This document shows, one piece after another, positions 14,230-28,209 of a stretch of 64,000 nucleotides of DNA. The stretch lies in assembly GCA_951406725.2 (NCBI GenBank), contig OX597815.1:26040001-26104000 (forward strand). Direction: 5' to 3'. The first letter of the stretch is position 1, and every line of letters begins with the position of its first letter. Source of the DNA: Octopus vulgaris (Eukaryota). The notes below the pieces were generated by a model. That model saw only the letters and a program-made list of their open reading frames with translations. It was not told where the DNA came from and ran no database searches. The position numbers were made by a program, and so were the translations under genes.

Positions 14230-14456
14230 TTGTTGTTGTTGTTGTTGTTTTTTTTAAGCAACAAGACGGGTAAGGGTGATTAGGTGATGGTCTAGGGCTT
14301 AATGGCGGGAGACCCCAGACCTTGGAAAAAAAACTTTGGTCGTCTTGTTGTAGTCGAGGGCTTTTCGTTGCCGCCCGACACCACTGGGAGGTGGCCCTCG
14401 AAGTCGCTGGAAATGGAGATCTCCAGGTCCAAATTCTTGAACGGCTGCTGCTGCTG
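14230..14456 (-). repeat. Dispersed ~220-bp repeat with (AAC)n tail; second copy at 24705-24931
   Basis: Near-identical GC-rich block (aagcaacaagacgggtaagggtg...aaattcttgaacggctg) at two loci, both adjoining (TTG)n. Confidence 0.8.
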
Positions 14457-15074
14457 TTCCTGTTTCTGCTCTGCTAGTAAATCCTGGTGGAGCAGCTCGG
14501 TTAGCCAAACGACAAGGCTAGATGAACAGATTTTGGCATAACTCCGCATAATCAAATAACACGTTAGATCTTGACACGCAGTGGTTTATCGTACGGTTAG
14601 AGTATTGAAGTAAGTCTGTGTTAACTTGCCTCCGGTAGCTCAGTCTGTTCATGTTTACATCTAGTTTCTGGTGTTCTCCCTTGTCAAGAAGGCTCGGTCT
14701 CATTTCAACAACTATTAAATATACGTTCTGCATCGTATTTCTGTGGTCGTATGCATCTCAGTACAATGTTTAGAGCTAAGGGTGTTATGAACACCGCAAC
14801 TATTTTTGTGTGTGTATAAAATTATACATTTTTTTTTCTGAGGCAGTGTTTCGGGATGGTGGTTTTATGGTGTCCAGTACTTTCTAGAAATGTTGTATAC
14901 CTGAAGAGGAATTTAACATATCGATGCAAATGAAAATTAGTACGTTAACAAACAAACATTGAAGATGGCATTTCATTTGAGGGTATTATTATGTCACTGT
15001 ACATGTTGTCGGTGAGTATAGTCTGGATAATGCGTGTGGAGAGGCGATGTTCAATATAGAGTATATTAAGAAAC

Positions 15075-15233
15075 TCGGTTTGCGACCATGTGGCTTCTGA
15101 TTCAGTCCGACTGCGCAGTACTTGGGCAAGTATTTTCTAGTATAGGTCAGGACTGACCAATGTCTTGTGACCAAACATGGTTGACGGAAACTGTGGAAAC
15201 TCGTCCTATATATGTGCATGTGCATGCGTGTAT

Positions 15234-15270
<37 letters not shown>

Positions 15271-15490
15271 TGCGCCTGTGTTTGACCCCCCCCCTCCACT
15301 CACTGCTTGACAACCAATGTTGGCTTTACGCCTCCACGAACTGTTTGTTTGGCAAAACGTACCGATAGAATAAGTACTTAAAAACATAATAAAAACATCA
15401 GTACTAGGGTTCATTTTTTTCAATAAACCCCTTCAAATCAGTCCCCCAACAAGGCTGCAGTCCAATGACTGAAACAAGTAAAAAAAATAA
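15075..15490 (+). mobile_element. SINE family B (tRNA head, CORE-like ttgggcaagt motif, internal microsatellite), diverged
   Basis: Homologous to 33213-33631. Confidence 0.8.
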
Positions 15491-15726
15491 AAGCTGTTAT
15501 GTTCGTCTTCCTTTGTCTTGATTTAATGTGGAGAAATTAAAGGCTAAAACGGAATTGCTATAATCCATGACAATTTTAATATATTACTTGAATTGGTTAT
15601 ATGTATTGCAGTTTATGAATGCTTCTTGAGTATTCATCTCTTGTTTTGTATCGCTCTGTGTGTTGTGTTAAGGGGGCATTGCAGGTAATTCCACTTTTGT
15701 GTGTATGGCGTGTTTGTGTTTGTAAT

Positions 15727-15942
15727 ATTGGTTCCAAATTTTGGCACAAGGCCAGCAATTTCGGTGGAAGGTGTAAGTCGATTACATCAACTCCAGCACT
15801 CAAGAAGTACTTATTTTATCAACTTCGAACGGATGAAAGCTAAAGTCGACCTCGACGGATTTTGAACTCAGAACGTAGAGACAGACAAAATGCCGCTAAG
15901 CATTTTGTCCGGAGTGCTAACGATTCTGCCAGCTCGCCGCCT
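15727..15942 (-). mobile_element. SINE family A
   Basis: Family motifs as at 1663-1868. Confidence 0.85.
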
Positions 15943-16153
15943 GTTTATGCTTGAAATATTGGTAGTATATTATCTTATATATCCAATAACGTTTAGAAGT
16001 CTCACTATCATTTCATTTCTTGATCCGTTTTGTATTTTATAAAATCCTATAACGATGGATATACCCGCACATATAAAGATGAAAGTAAATCAGAACAATC
16101 AAGCTGAAAGTGAGACGGCTGTCATCTGAAAAGATGAAGCAATCATCATGTAT

Positions 16154-16194
<41 letters not shown>

Positions 16195-16542
16195 AGTGCG
16201 TGCGTGCGTGTGTGCGTGTGCATGTGTGTTTATGTGTAGATACATAGATAGATAGACTGGTAGTTAAAGGGGAGAATTATGCCTACAGATTATTTCTTGT
16301 CTATAAATAGTTTTGTATTGCATTTATTGCTTATCCTTGATTTGGTACAAAATTAATGGAGGATGAGGAAGCTAATCTGGGATTTCATTGTCTTCTGTTA
16401 AATCTATGGCAACTAAGACTTTTAACTTTCAGTATAAACGTCAGCAACGATTGCCTCCTGCAAGCAGAATATAGGTGCTTTGCAGAAACAGAATCAAGCT
16501 TAGAGTACCTGTTATTTAATCGAATAATGGCCCATTTAACGA

Positions 16543-16928
16543 CCTTTCTACTATAGACACAAGGCCTGAAATTTGGGGGAGGGGGATAATCAATTACATC
16601 GACCCCAGTGTATCACCGGTACTTAATTTATCGACCCCGAAAGGATGAAAGGCAAAGTTGACCTCTGCGGAATGTGAACTCAGAACGTAGCGGCAGACGA
16701 AATACCTATTTCTTTACTACCTACAAGGGGCTAAACACAGAGGGGACAAACAAGTACAGACAAACGGATTAAGTCGATTATATCGACCCCGGTAACTGGT
16801 ACTTATTTAATCGACCCCGAAAGGATGAAAGGCAAAGTTGACCTAGGTGGAATTTGAACTCAGAAAGTAGCGGCAGACGAAATACCGCTAAGCATTTCGC
16901 CCGGCGTGCTAACGACTCTGCCAGCTCA
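16543..16928 (-). mobile_element. Nested or dimeric SINE family A (two subfamilies)
   Basis: The core atcgaccccgaaaggatgaaaggcaaagttgacct...gacgaaatacc occurs twice with two different 3' tails. Confidence 0.85.
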
Positions 16929-17066
16929 CTTTGTTACCTCTGTAGTTGTTCTATCGAAGCCAGTTTCTTTCCAAAGAATTATGCCTTGCTGCATTAAGAA
17001 TGGACATGAGGTTGATAGTTGCTGAGTCAAGGAAATCAGCTTCAATGTATTGATGTTCATTCGTCC

Positions 17067-17215
17067 GTCTGAGTTCAAAATCCGCCGAGGTTGACTTATC
17101 CTTTTACCCTTTTGGGGGTCGATGAAAAAAGTACCAGTTGAGCACTGGAGGCAATGCAATCGACTTGTCCTCTCCCACTAAAATTTCAGGCGTGTGCCTG
17201 TAGCAAAAGGTATTA
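17067..17215 (+). mobile_element. SINE family A, 5'-truncated
   Basis: ctgagttcaaaatccgccgaggttgact...ggggtcgatgaaaaaagtaccag. Confidence 0.75.
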
Positions 17216-17764
17216 TTTTCATTAATAATAAACGAATTTCAAGCAAGGTGTGACGCATTGTTCTTCGAACATAAAATACAGGGAAATAAAAATAAAATAT
17301 CATAAGGCATTTAAAATTCATTGCACTTCTATATCTGCCATTCTCCACATAATGTGTTATGCATTATTTTAGAATACTGATGCTTTCAATTGCCTCTTAC
17401 AAGTGTCTGTTACACGAAGATTTCTTTGTCTGTATTGTTCGACTATCGAAGGCATAAGTTGCTCAAATTCCTTTAAACGAAGTTCAGATGCTAAGTTTAT
17501 TGAACATGTAAAGATATGAGAATAGAATTAATTATGACCAATTAACATTCAGAATGGCACCTGTATGCATCTGTAGAGGTCTACAAACATGTCAACCTGG
17601 GTTAGAGTTGATGCCTGCTAACGTCACATTACAGATGTTATTGAAGTTGTTATTATCTCACAAATACTTAACACTTTGTGAAACATTCACTCGTAATCTT
17701 GTTCATACGCTTAAACATACCTATAAATCGACGATATACATCACAGTGTGTGAGTACAGTAAAC

Positions 17765-17911
<147 letters not shown>

Positions 17912-18074
17912 CCTACCTACCTACCTATCTATCTATCTATCCATCTATCTATTTATCTATCTGTCTGTCTATTTTAATGCATACATGAATGTATGAATAG
18001 ATATATCAACACATGTACATATGCGTTTGTATGCGTATGGGTGTGTTTGTATATTATGTGTATATGTGTGAATG

Positions 18075-18122
<48 letters not shown>

Positions 18123-18828
18123 TATGTGTGATAAACTATGAGCAATCAAGGTACATAAAATAAAATAGACGTAGAAAATTCAATATTATTACACAAGTGA
18201 TACACATGCATACACACATAAATACACATATAGATACAATCACCCATATGCACACACGCATCCATCCACCCATACGTAAACACACATACACACATACATA
18301 CATACATACATACATACATACATACATACATACATACATAGTGCGTGTGACTTTCCATTGAATCTTGAAAATGCACATGCGCACTGCGACACCCTAATTA
18401 CACACACACACACACATACACACACACATACACCACACTCACACACACACACACATACACACATACACACACACACCACACTCACACACACACACACTCA
18501 CACACATACACACACACCACTCACACACAAACACACACACACACACATGCCGGTATTTCTAATTTCTCACATCTACAGATTTCATCTATGCAAAGGCCTT
18601 TTCACAATCCCAGCAGCTTACTACGAGCAGCAAGCACAGTTACAATATATTCACCGCTCACATCGTCAGACCTCATTCCTCCATCACCTTTCTTATTTCT
18701 AATCACATCCATACATCTCCGCTAGAATTCTTGTTGCCACTTACAGCGATACAATGAGCTCATGGAAGTGAAGCTTCATGTATTGGAACGGTTTGATCTC
18801 CCGAACCCTACCTACACTGCACGGTTTC

Positions 18829-18937
18829 CTTCTTCTTCTTCTTCTTCTTCTTCTTGTTCTTCTTGTTCTTGTTCTTCTTCTTCTTCTTTTGCTTCTTCTT
18901 TTGCTTCTTCTTCTTTTGCTTCTTCTTCTTCTTCTCC

Positions 18938-19002
<65 letters not shown>

Positions 19003-19035
19003 GTTCCTCTTCTTCTTCTTCTTCTTCTTCTTCTT

Positions 19036-19092
<57 letters not shown>

Positions 19093-19093
19093 G

Positions 19094-19126
<33 letters not shown>

Positions 19127-19539
19127 CTCCTCCGCCTCCTCCTCCTTGAAGTCGTTTTCATTGGTGTTGCTAATGCTAACAATAATAATAAATAATAATA
19201 ATCAATAGCATGACACCAAGACCACGATCATCAGGACCATCACTCCTGCCCCCACCCCCCACCCCACCCCCCACCCCACCACCATCATAACAACAACAAC
19301 AACAGCAACAACAGCAGCAACAACGTAACCATATTCATCGTTCTCGTTCTCGTTCTCATCGTCGTCATTGTCGTTCTCATCTTCATCAGCAGCAGCATCA
19401 TCATCATCGTCGACGTCGTTGTCGTTGTTGTCGTCACCGTCTCCACTTCATCACCATCGTCGTTGCATTCCTCTTCATCATCGTCGTATTCATCATCATC
19501 GTCGTATTCATCATCATCATCATCATCACCATCATCCTT

Positions 19540-19571
<32 letters not shown>

Positions 19572-19579
19572 TATCATCG

Positions 19580-19640
<61 letters not shown>

Positions 19641-19668
19641 CATTATCATCACCATCATCCTCATCCTT

Positions 19669-19756
<88 letters not shown>

Positions 19757-19806
19757 CCATCATCATCCTCATCATCATCACCCTCCTCATCATCATCATT
19801 ATCATC
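18829..19806. repeat. Compound trinucleotide microsatellite block (CTT)n/(ATT)n/(CAA)n/(CAT)n
   Basis: Directly visible; source of the spurious poly-S/D/H/M ORFs. Confidence 0.95.
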
Positions 19807-20523
19807 AACGAATACATTCCGACTCGCAACTGCTGCGCACCAATACCACAGCTCCTGCCAACACTTTGCTGCAACCATCATATCCCTCTCTCTCTTTCCC
19901 CTTCTCTCTCTCTCCACTCCTCTTTCTATTTTCCTCATCCACTCTCTACTGCAACTTCCTCTCCAATTCACCGCCACAACTTGACTCTTGCGGCAGCTTG
20001 AGTTTTTAATAACTGCCAAGAAAGACCGTCATCAGTCAGTCACTTCTATTCTGTAGATGAACATCCGATCGACCCACCGACCCACCATCGACTATCAGGC
20101 AGGCAAGCAGGCAGGCAGACGGGCGGGCAGGCGGGCGGGCAGACGGGCTGGCGGGCAGGCAGGCGGGCGGGCGGATTGATAGACGCGTTAAGTTTTATTA
20201 CTTCCAGTCTGTTCCGAACACGCAGCCTAGCGAACGAATTACGATGAATAACTTGAATGTATGGATGTCCAATACAAAACAATTAAGTGAAATTCCTTAA
20301 CCAAATTTCGCGTTCCCCGCTCTTTTTCTGTTCTTTTTTTTTTTTGTAAGATCTACTCGCTTTTGTTGAATTTTGAGTCACCTGGAAAGCGTATATATTT
20401 GCCTGCCTGCCTGCCTGGTTGATAGTTGATGGTTGGTCGTGTACGTATATAAATGTACATGCATGGATGTGTATGTAAATATGTATGAGCATGTGTTCAA
20501 GTACCTATGTATGTACGTATTCA

Positions 20524-20592
<69 letters not shown>

Positions 20593-21369
20593 TTTTATTT
20601 GTTGATATCTTTCGCTAAAAATCCTTGCCTGTCCGGAATGCCATTTAGACATTTACTTACAAAAGCAAGGCACCGAATAGTATTGGTATAAATCTGAAAT
20701 TATAATAGTTTAGCTGTAAGTTTCGAAGCAGTTGTCCATAGTTATCCTCTTTCTCTTTGATTTTTGAAGAGATAATTACATCAGCAAGGCCTTGTACGAC
20801 GGTTCATACATTTTATATATATAAAATAAAATACAAAACGGGACAAGAACGCAAAGCGGGACAACAAAACATCCAGATAGACGATACAAAAAAAAAACAC
20901 GGACGGGTCATTCGAAGCCTTTTTATCTTCAGTCAAGACCCGGATCTTCCTCGCAATTTCGGCTGATAGTCTGCCTCAAACTATATCCGGCCTGTTATAT
21001 TTACACTTCATAGCAGTTTTGATGGAAATATTCCACTAATGATCCTTGCTTTATGTGATTCCAGATGTATAAGCAGAGTTGGTAAAAAATCACCTGACAA
21101 TAAACAAAATCCCATTTAATTCCAAGATTAAAACTAAAAATTATTTTATATGAGACTTCGCTAATAAATAGACAAATGTTGAAAAAAAACTCACAGTATT
21201 CAATTATTAAACATTCATAATTGGAATGAATAAATAAAACTGAATAGTAAGTAGTTATGGAATTTTGATTTACTGTCGAGTAACTTTTGGCCAACCCTGT
21301 ATATAAAAGTTATGTATGTATGTATTTGATAGTTATGTATGCATTCAGTAACAGGATGATTCTATATAT

Positions 21370-22315
21370 TTATTTCAGGACAGTCTTTTCTCGGATGGCA
21401 TTGTTTTAACAAAAAATGTCGCATTGCGTGGTAATGTCTCGATGCCATTTTTGGGAAGTTGTTGAACACATGTGTGATGTCTTCCATAGAAATGTGACAT
21501 AATCAACATTTTTGGTTGCATCTTATGCCTCCAAGGCTTTACTGTCCCTTCTGTTTATAAGATATTTTATAGCAATCTCCTGCTCTTAGAATGCAAACGC
21601 AGAGCTTTCGAACGGTCACGAATCCAAGAAATGCTACACTTCAAGTTGTTATTAGCATCATTTCCAAACCTTCGGGAAACATAACCATGCGGTCCTTTTT
21701 GATATGCTGAGTGTTTAACATTCAAGATTTCGAGGACTGTTAGTCCTCCTGCTTTGGGGGTCTACAGAACATCAGGAAGAGACTATTTCTGGAGGAGCTC
21801 ACTGTCGAGTCGAAGGGTGCTGTTGTCCTCGCTTTTCTGCTGTTGGTTTATATATCTATTTTTGCTGCTGTTGTTTAGCAAGTGCAGTCTAAAAGATTCT
21901 GTGCGACATTCGAAAGCTGTCTGCACTGATCTCAAATCCTTACCTCCTTCATCTCTTCTTAGACAGAGTATGTCGACATCAGTTTCTGTGGAAGATTCCA
22001 GATGATGTCAGGATCTTGCATGTTTCTATAGCTCAGAATTGGATTTCCTCTAAAGACCAGTCAAGTATCCTAAACGCTGATATCAGCACTGGTACTGCAA
22101 ATGCAGTTCGATGCCATATTTTCGAGTCACTTTCTCGTGTTCTCTGCATCTTCGTATGATATACTTTCATCAATGCCTTGGTATTTGTAGCATTCTTTGC
22201 GTAGAGCAGCAACGATAGAGAGACCGTTGATGTCCAGGTTCTGTGTTAGAGGGACTGATATTCTACCTTCAACAAACACAAGCCATTTGCTGAGTTCTAT
22301 TCCTATGTTTAAAAT
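21370..22315 (-). mobile_element. Decayed R4/Dong-clade LINE (RT end plus CCHC knuckle)
   Basis: Remnants YKYQGIDE, AFAVPVL..ILDWSLEEI, F*EQEIAIKYLINRRD, C*LCHISMEDITHV..FPKMASRHYHAMRH. Confidence 0.75.
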
Positions 22316-22662
22316 GTTAACTCCAATCTTATTTTTATTTTTATTTATTATTTATTTATTTATTTTTGCATTGCAAACAATTTTATCATAGGTCTTCAAG
22401 TAATCCATAAGGAAATTAATGGTTTGTACAAAAGATTGTTTCGAACAAAATCTTAACACTAAATACTCTGACAATGAAGAAGCAATATCAAAAGTCTCAG
22501 ATGGTCCTTTTGACGGGTATTTTCATGAAAACGTAAGCGAATACTAAAGAAAAAAAGTAATAAAAAGAAGGAAAATCTGTAAAACGCTAACTATAGATGC
22601 CTTCAGTGCTGAAGTATAAAAAGCAGGAATTGAGCAAATGATTAATATGTTACATACGATTA

Positions 22663-22870
22663 AGGCAGCAAACCAACACAATCGAGAGTATATCGGGCAA
22701 AATGCTTAGCAGCATTCCGCACGTCATTACGTTCTGAGTTCAAACCCTACCGTGGTCGACTTTACCTTTCATCCTTTCGGGGTCAATAAAATAAATACCA
22801 GTCGAACACTGGGGTCAAGATAATCGACCTATTCCCTCCCTCGAATTTACAAGCCTCGTACCAAAATTTG
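22663..22870 (+). mobile_element. SINE family A, diverged
   Basis: gttctgagttcaaaccctaccgtggtcgactttacctttcatcctttcggggtc. Confidence 0.8.
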
Positions 22871-23066
22871 TAGCCAAAATGTTACATACGATGTTCATTA
22901 AAGTATGGAAAACAGAAAAGACACGAAAAGGCCGAAGCTGTATACTGATAACACCAAAATATTGCTTCGAGATCCATTATGTATGTATGTATGTATGTAT
23001 GTATGTATGTATGTATGTATGTATGTATGTATGTATGTATGTATGTATGTATATATATATATATAT

Positions 23067-23127
<61 letters not shown>

Positions 23128-23322
23128 GATAAATCTCAGAGCGAGTTATAAACAGTAGCAGTAACACATCGTGATGCATATTTGCCATTTGAATATGGCT
23201 AACCCGTAAGGGTGGATGCTACTGTAATTTGTAGCCCCAGGCAGATATCTCCTCCAGCTGGCTATAAACACACTATCTGTGTCCTCTCAGTATTTGTGAA
23301 CGGGAGTCATCCTCCCCGTCTT

Positions 23323-23392
23323 CAACACATGATACACACGTACCCGAGTTTCAAGGTGTTTACCTTTCATCAGCGTGTGACAATCATGGTTG
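23323..23392 (-). ncRNA. Type I hammerhead ribozyme
   Basis: Reverse complement of the 23688-23757 motif, core identical. Confidence 0.85.
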
Positions 23393-23687
23393 TCGATGAG
23401 AAGTCAGTTCCCTTCACAAATACATATACTTTTTCCAGTGTCGATTTGACACTCATATTGAAAATACTGAGAGGACACGGATATCTTCCTGGGGCTACAA
23501 ACTACAGTAGCATCCACCCTTATGGGTTAGCCATATTCAAATGGCAAATATGCATCACGATGTGTTACCGCTACTGTTTATAACTCGCTCTGAGATTTAT
23601 CATTGTTTGATTTCACCTTTTCAATATCAGTGAAATCGACACTGGAAAAAGTATATGTATTTGTGAAGGGATCTGACTTCTCATCGA

Positions 23688-23757
23688 CAACCATGATTGT
23701 CACACGCTGATGAAAGGTAAACACCTTGAAACTCGGGTACGTGTGTATCATGTGTTG
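23688..23757 (+). ncRNA. Type I hammerhead ribozyme
   Basis: CACACG-CTGATGA-AAGGT(aaac)ACCTT-GAAAC(tcgg)GTA-CGTGTG. Stem I extends via an internal loop (catgat/atcatg, caac/gttg). Predicted cleavage after GUA at 23739. Confidence 0.88.
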
Positions 23758-23908
23758 AAGACGGGGAAGATGACTCCCGTTCACAAATACTGAGAGGACA
23801 CAGATAGTGTGTCTATAGCCAGCTGGAGGAGATATCTTCCTGGGGCTACAAACTACAGTAGCATCCACCCTTATGGGTTAGCCATATTCAAATGGCAAAT
23901 ATGCATCA

Positions 23909-23956
<48 letters not shown>

Positions 23957-24122
23957 CGGTTTTTTTTCCCAAATCCACTTTTAGCGCCATAGCAGAAGAC
24001 ACGGTGTCATGTAGTTGGGTAGTGGGACAAAACGCAGAACCATGTGGTTGGGAAGTAGACTGCTTACCATCCATCCACGCATGCGCCCATACATATATAT
24101 ATATATACATACACATACACAC

Positions 24123-24171
<49 letters not shown>

Positions 24172-24179
24172 TACATATA

Positions 24180-24275
<96 letters not shown>

Positions 24276-24692
24276 CATAGATACATACATACATAAACAC
24301 GTGCATTTTAATAGGTAATATCTATACCAACAGAGGAAACGGATCAAGTGTTTTAAACAATAGGGAAGCTAAACAAAGACGTTTTATTTTCAACTAACAA
24401 AGATGATAGTCTTTTAAGTAAAGCCAAATGAAACTTGGCCTGTTGTTTGTGTTTACTGGTTACGACTCTTGAGGAAGGTGAGTGAATGCTATTGCTGACA
24501 GCCATTGTTGCAGGTTAGGTGTTGGCGTGGTTACGTTCATAAAGGAACGCTGCTGTGGTGGGTGTGTGCCTTGTCTTTGTATCTGATTGCTCATGCCGAA
24601 CGGTGCAGGCTGATGTTGCTCCTGATCTACTGATGCTGCAACAACTATTGTTAGTACTGTATTTGCTAGTGTCGTTTTTGTTGCTTTAGGTT

Positions 24693-24704
<12 letters not shown>

Positions 24705-24724
<20 letters not shown>

Positions 24725-24931
24725 TTTAAGCAACAAGACGGGTAAGGGTGATTAGGTGATGGTCTAGGACTTAAGGGCGGGAGACCCCAGACCTTGGGGG
24801 AAAAAAAAATAACTTTGGTCGTCTTGTTGTAGTCGAGGGTTCTTCGTTGACACCCGACACCACTGGGAGGTGGCCCTCGAATTCGCTGGAAATGGAGATC
24901 TCCAGATCCAAATTCTTGAACGGCTGTTGCT
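24705..24931 (-). repeat. Second copy of the 14230-14456 dispersed repeat
   Basis: Direct sequence similarity. Confidence 0.8.
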
Positions 24932-27325
24932 GATGTTGACATTGATGATGATAATGATGATGATGATGATGACGATGACGATGATGATCATGATTATGAT
25001 GTTCAAAAAAGAATCAACCCTGACTGATCAAAACCACTCTAACTGTGACTCGTCCTTTTTTGCAATGTTTGGAATTATCTCGGACAATGTTATATCACAT
25101 GTCCTTAATCTCTTTAATGATAGTAAGGTGTTATTTGATAGAGATTTGGCTGCTACCTCTAGCAAGTTGAATTACCACGTATAGGCTCCTTTGTATGGTT
25201 ATTACTGACGCTGAGATTGCTTTTATAGCAGTAGTAGTTTTAGTGGTCGTTGTAGTAATAGCAATAGCAGCAGCGTTACATCAGTAATTTATCTCTTATG
25301 TATTTATATCTGGAACCACATAAAAACGTGGCTTTCTTCTAAAATATGATTTTTAGGAGATTTAACGGCTGCATCTAACGAATCAAAGGACCCTAAGGGT
25401 TTATTCATCAAGATTGATCCTATGCGTATAAATAACACTTACATCAAAGCGACTGGCCAGAAAAACCTTGAATGTTAATGGTTTCAAATTTTGGCACAAG
25501 GCCAGCAATTTCGGGAGAGGGGCTTAAATCGATTACATCCACCCCAGTGCTCAACCGGTACTTATTTTATCGACCCCGAAAGAATCTATTCTGCCAGCTC
25601 TCCGCCTTAAAAAAAAAGCCCTTAATGTTAATGCCATCGGTTCTTGTATAGCCCCCGCTTCTAGGTCAGTTATGACTGAAGAGTCCTACAGCTTGCAGCT
25701 AGTTGCCCGAACAAAAAGGAGCGATCCATAAATCCATCATGTCTCAACTTTGCTGAGCATTATACACTGCAGAGTTATGTATTGTAATGATTGTAATGAA
25801 CCATATGGGGCCTCTGCGTGACATACTAACTGTAATGCACATTATTCATTGTCCTGTCTATTTCTTATACAAGTACTGAATCTGGTTGTGACCAAAGCGG
25901 AGGCTTCCGGGGTAAACATAGGTAGAGCATGATGGTTGCTCCTTTATTGCACTTTACTTTGGCTTGAGTGAGAAAGCCATTGATAAAGTAGTGACCTGGA
26001 ATATTGAAGATTTGTCTTAGTATCTGTGAAAGATTGAACACTTAGTTACTGAGCGTATATAGAGTACATAGGTTTTTCTGCTGTAATAATAACTTTACTG
26101 TGTCTAGATGTGTCTAGATACTTTTTTCCTTTTGAGTTATTTTGTTTTCTTAAATAACAAGTGAGTTAATGCTTTCAGTCATTGACATGTGCAGCTTCCA
26201 ATAACGCGAAACGCGTTCGTAATTTTTGTGTTTGTATTTTGTTGCTGTTTGCTGCAAAGTGATTGACTGACTATGTAATACTGGCATAATTGGTGTTCGA
26301 TTTCGATCCAATATATTCAAATATTATTGTTGTTATTTTTTATGCTGGCTAAATTTAGTGATTGTGAGTGCTAATAATATAACTAAGCATCAGTTTATCA
26401 TTATTATTATTATGCTTAACTTGCAAATGATGTAGAAGTGATGAAGGTAATTTTTTTCATGTGTATGATAGTATGCTGTGTATAATGTATGTTTGCTTGT
26501 CTTTGACGTTATTTGGTGCCGCCAGTTAAAAAGAGGCAGTACTTGACTACTTTTGCCAGATTTGAATTCAGGGCACAGAGAACAGATTTACAAAGTATTG
26601 TATCCAAAATGGATTATACCCCAGGCTCTAACGATTCTACTAATTCTCCACCGATTTGAGTCGATCATATATATACCTGTAATGTACTGAGGTCAATGAC
26701 AAATTATAGAAGTGTTAGAACGCTGACCAAAATGCTTTACGTTAATTATTTTGGTTCCAGTGTTTTGAGTTTAATTCCCTTGGAAGTCAGTTTCACCTTC
26801 CATCATTCTAGAGCGTTGGACGGGATGCTTTGCCATATTTATTCTGGCACTGTTCTGATTTTAAAAACCACTATGGTTTAGTTGGACTCTAGGCGTAAAC
26901 CATCCACCAGTTTAACACCACTGCCACCACCACCATCACCACCACCACCACCACCACCACCACCACCACCACCACCACCACTACGAGCTGGCCCTAGAGT
27001 ACCTTTCTCGGATATCATGATGTTGCATAAGGAAGATTTGGTTAGTATTTCTTAAAGGTTGAGACAACGTAACGGTTTCATATGTTCTGTTTCCATGGGG
27101 TAAAAAACAACCAGTCATGGCGTTCGGTATATCTGGCGGTGGTGATGACGGCTACTGATTGGCTAAAATTACATAATTTCAAATGCTTGTAACTCTTATA
27201 TTATTAATTTCTAGAAGAAACTAATAATAAAACTACGTCAGAACTACATCTTTTGAAAATAACCGAGTGAAAATTTGAAAAAACTTAAAATGGCTTGAAA
27301 AAATGTAACAGGATCCTTCGTCGTC

Positions 27326-27392
<67 letters not shown>

Positions 27393-27679
27393 ATGGAGTT
27401 GGTAACGAGCCAATAGCAGACATGTTGACGAATTAGTTTTAGAGATAGAATTGTTAGTCGCAATATTAGTGGTAATGGTAAAGGTATTGGTTGTGGTGGA
27501 AGTGGTAGTAATAATAGTAATAATGAAGCTGATGATAGCATCATTTGCAGTCTCGGTGGATTTAGAAACGATAGACTTCATGGTAAGGGCACTATCGATA
27601 AGAATGATTAAAATGATACTGATGGTCGTAGTCGCCGTGGTGGTCGCTGTAATTGTGACAAACTGCATCACAGCACAGG

Positions 27680-27723
<44 letters not shown>

Positions 27724-28173
27724 TTTTGTTGTCGTTATGGTGGTGGTGGTGGTGGTGGTGGGGAGATAGCGGCGGTAGTGATTGGTACTTGGTGCTTGGT
27801 GGTCGATGATGGCGTCAGCGGCGGTGTCACAGGAGCAGTGTGGTCAGAGGAGAGGAGTGCAGGGAGTGGGGAGACGGGAGAGAAGTGGCGGAGGTGATAC
27901 AAGGTAACACGAAGGGTGGGGCAGATATCAACGGCTGCTGTGTTAGAACTCTATGACCGTCACGCCGCTATGGCTGTTAATTGACTGACTGGACAATTTG
28001 ACACGGCGGGGCGAATGCCTTGTGAATTTACGTGTGTATATATATATATATATACATATGCATACACACACATACACAGACATGCAAACACACTTTGTAA
28101 AATATGTGTCTATGTACATACATATATAGACATGTATGTGTGTGTGTATATATATGTATATATATATATATAT

Positions 28174-28209
<36 letters not shown>

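Larger units (their letters stand above)
23124..23911. mobile_element. Retrozyme / Penelope pLTR-like element: 351-nt monomer, inverted plus tandem copies in (TA)n
   Basis: 23124-23464 is the reverse complement of a permutation of 23463-23911. The direct repeat gatatcttcctgggg at 23480 and 23831 gives a 351-nt period. (TA)n on both sides. Confidence 0.85.

Noticed and set aside
14350-14412. HDV-like ribozyme on the minus strand
   Set aside because: P2/P3-like pairings exist, but P1 has only ~4 bp and the P1.1 GG is not conserved in the second copy.
18741-20019. Long ORFs (poly-D/S/H/M, up to 244 aa)
   Set aside because: Translations of trinucleotide microsatellites, open in several frames, with no domain.
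26205-26222. GAAACGCGTT palindrome typical of minimal HHRs
   Set aside because: No upstream core or stem II found.
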